From Phyllosticta citribraziliensis (lineage: Eukaryota), in contig NW_027117345.1 in NCBI RefSeq assembly GCF_038025025.1, positions 248,001 through 312,000 of the forward strand: DNA of 64,000 bases, in the 5' to 3' direction. The translations under genes and the position numbers were made by a program. The notes below the pieces were generated by a model, which searched no databases, was not told where the DNA came from, and was given only the letters and a program-made list of their open reading frames with translations. This document shows, one piece after another, positions 63,042 to 64,000 of this stretch (positions within the stretch are counted from its first letter, which is position 1; each line of letters opens with the position of its first letter).

Positions 63042-64000
63042 CTACTGCATGTCAAAGATGCCCGTGTCGAACTGGAAGCACTCGGTAATCTGCGTCGCCA
63101 ACTCGCCGTAGTCAAAGTCGAGGGGCAGCTGAATCGACGCCCACGTCTCATCATCCCACAAATTCGGATCGACGCTCGCAGGCTCAGACTCGGTCCCAGT
63201 CGAGTGGTCCGCCGGCACAGAATCGACGTGGTGGGGCTGGCCGCACGAAGAGGGCCCGTCCTGGGTCTCCATGGTGAAGATTTGGCTGACGTATTTCTTC
63301 TTGACGCGGCGCTTTTGGTGGGCGAGTTGCTGCCGGTGCTTGCCGATGGCCTCGGAAAAGTTGCTGAGGATCTCGTAGTAGTGTTCGGCCTGCGGGCTGA
63401 GGCGCGCCAGGAACTGGAGCACCTTGCGCGCCTCGTTGAAGGCGTCTTCGATGTCAAAGTTGGCCTCGCCTTGGGCGAAGATTGAGAAGCCGAGGACGAG
63501 ACCGGCGGCGAATATCCATGCTCTGCGGAATGTTAGACCTCGTGTTGGGATGGGGCAGGTGGAGGCTTACTTTAGTAGACACATGTTTGCAATCAAGGCT
63601 CCCGAGTCGAGTGCCTCGGAGCACATTTGTGCCATGTACACTGCCGAGTCGATGCAGACCTGAGAGAGGCGCTTGTCGGTCCCCGTCGAGGTTCCTTCGG
63701 GAGGAGACTGACCGGAAAGATGACAAGTCAAGTGCGAGATCAAAAACGGACGGGTGACGAGGATGACGGCGAAATAGTACACACAGGCAACATGAATATT
63801 GCCAATGATGAGCTCCCGATCGGCCGGCGTCAGTCCCTGAGAGTCACTTCGGGTGAACCTTCGAAGGCCGTTGGGCAGACAATTGCTCCATTCCTCCAGC
63901 TGCTGCAGGTAGCCTTCTGCTGATGTCGGATTCAGCCCACGGCCAGAGCCAAGATCTCGAGCCACCCGGTCAATGGTGCAGCAGGCTTCGAACGTGGCAT
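63042..64000 (-). CDS. Fungal-specific transcription factor (probable Zn2Cys6 family), C-terminal part; 5' end lies outside the window; intron 63570-63523
   Basis: LEEWSNCLPNGLR, HVACVYYFAVILVTRPFL, CIDSA, NMCLLK/AWIFAAGLVLGF, SPQAEHYYEIL, acidic C-terminal tail. The Zn cluster itself is not visible. Confidence 0.8.

Noticed and set aside
1..64000. CRISPR arrays, rRNA genes, intact transposase or RT genes, prokaryotic systems
   Set aside because: No repeat-spacer periodicity, rRNA signature or DDE/RT motif was seen; the DNA is fungal and intron-containing.

Overview
Eukaryotic, intron-containing genomic DNA from a filamentous ascomycete (Pezizomycotina-type genes, GT-AG introns with CTAAC/CTGAC branch points, microsatellite-rich intergenic DNA). 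The species cannot be identified from the sequence alone. The first ~22 kb is gene-poor and holds only a plasma-membrane H+-ATPase. It is flanked by two diverged, inverted, decayed copies of an unrecognised gene or element: Pro/Gln-rich N-terminus, a basic NLS-like motif, and in copy 2 a Ulp1/C48-like protease segment. Their in-frame TAG/TAA stops are compatible with RIP, and a degenerate tRNA-like sequence sits next to copy 2. The remainder is gene-dense: a secreted SurE-like phosphatase, HSE1, TFB3 head-to-head with a BUD27/URI-like gene, a flavoprotein(HFCD)-F-box-ankyrin gene head-to-head with a fungal phytochrome, cytochrome b5, PEX11, a GIT1-like MFS permease, BCKDH E1-beta head-to-head with a MAM3/CNNM protein, an orphan gene, and a terminal group of FMO, cupin, kynurenine-formamidase-like hydrolase and a fungal-specific transcription factor. 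The most interesting hypotheses are (1) a catalytically dead flavin-domain F-box protein paired with phytochrome, (2) the decayed Ulp1-bearing repeat family, and (3) a possible indole/aromatic catabolic cluster. All calls are by eye, without database searches.
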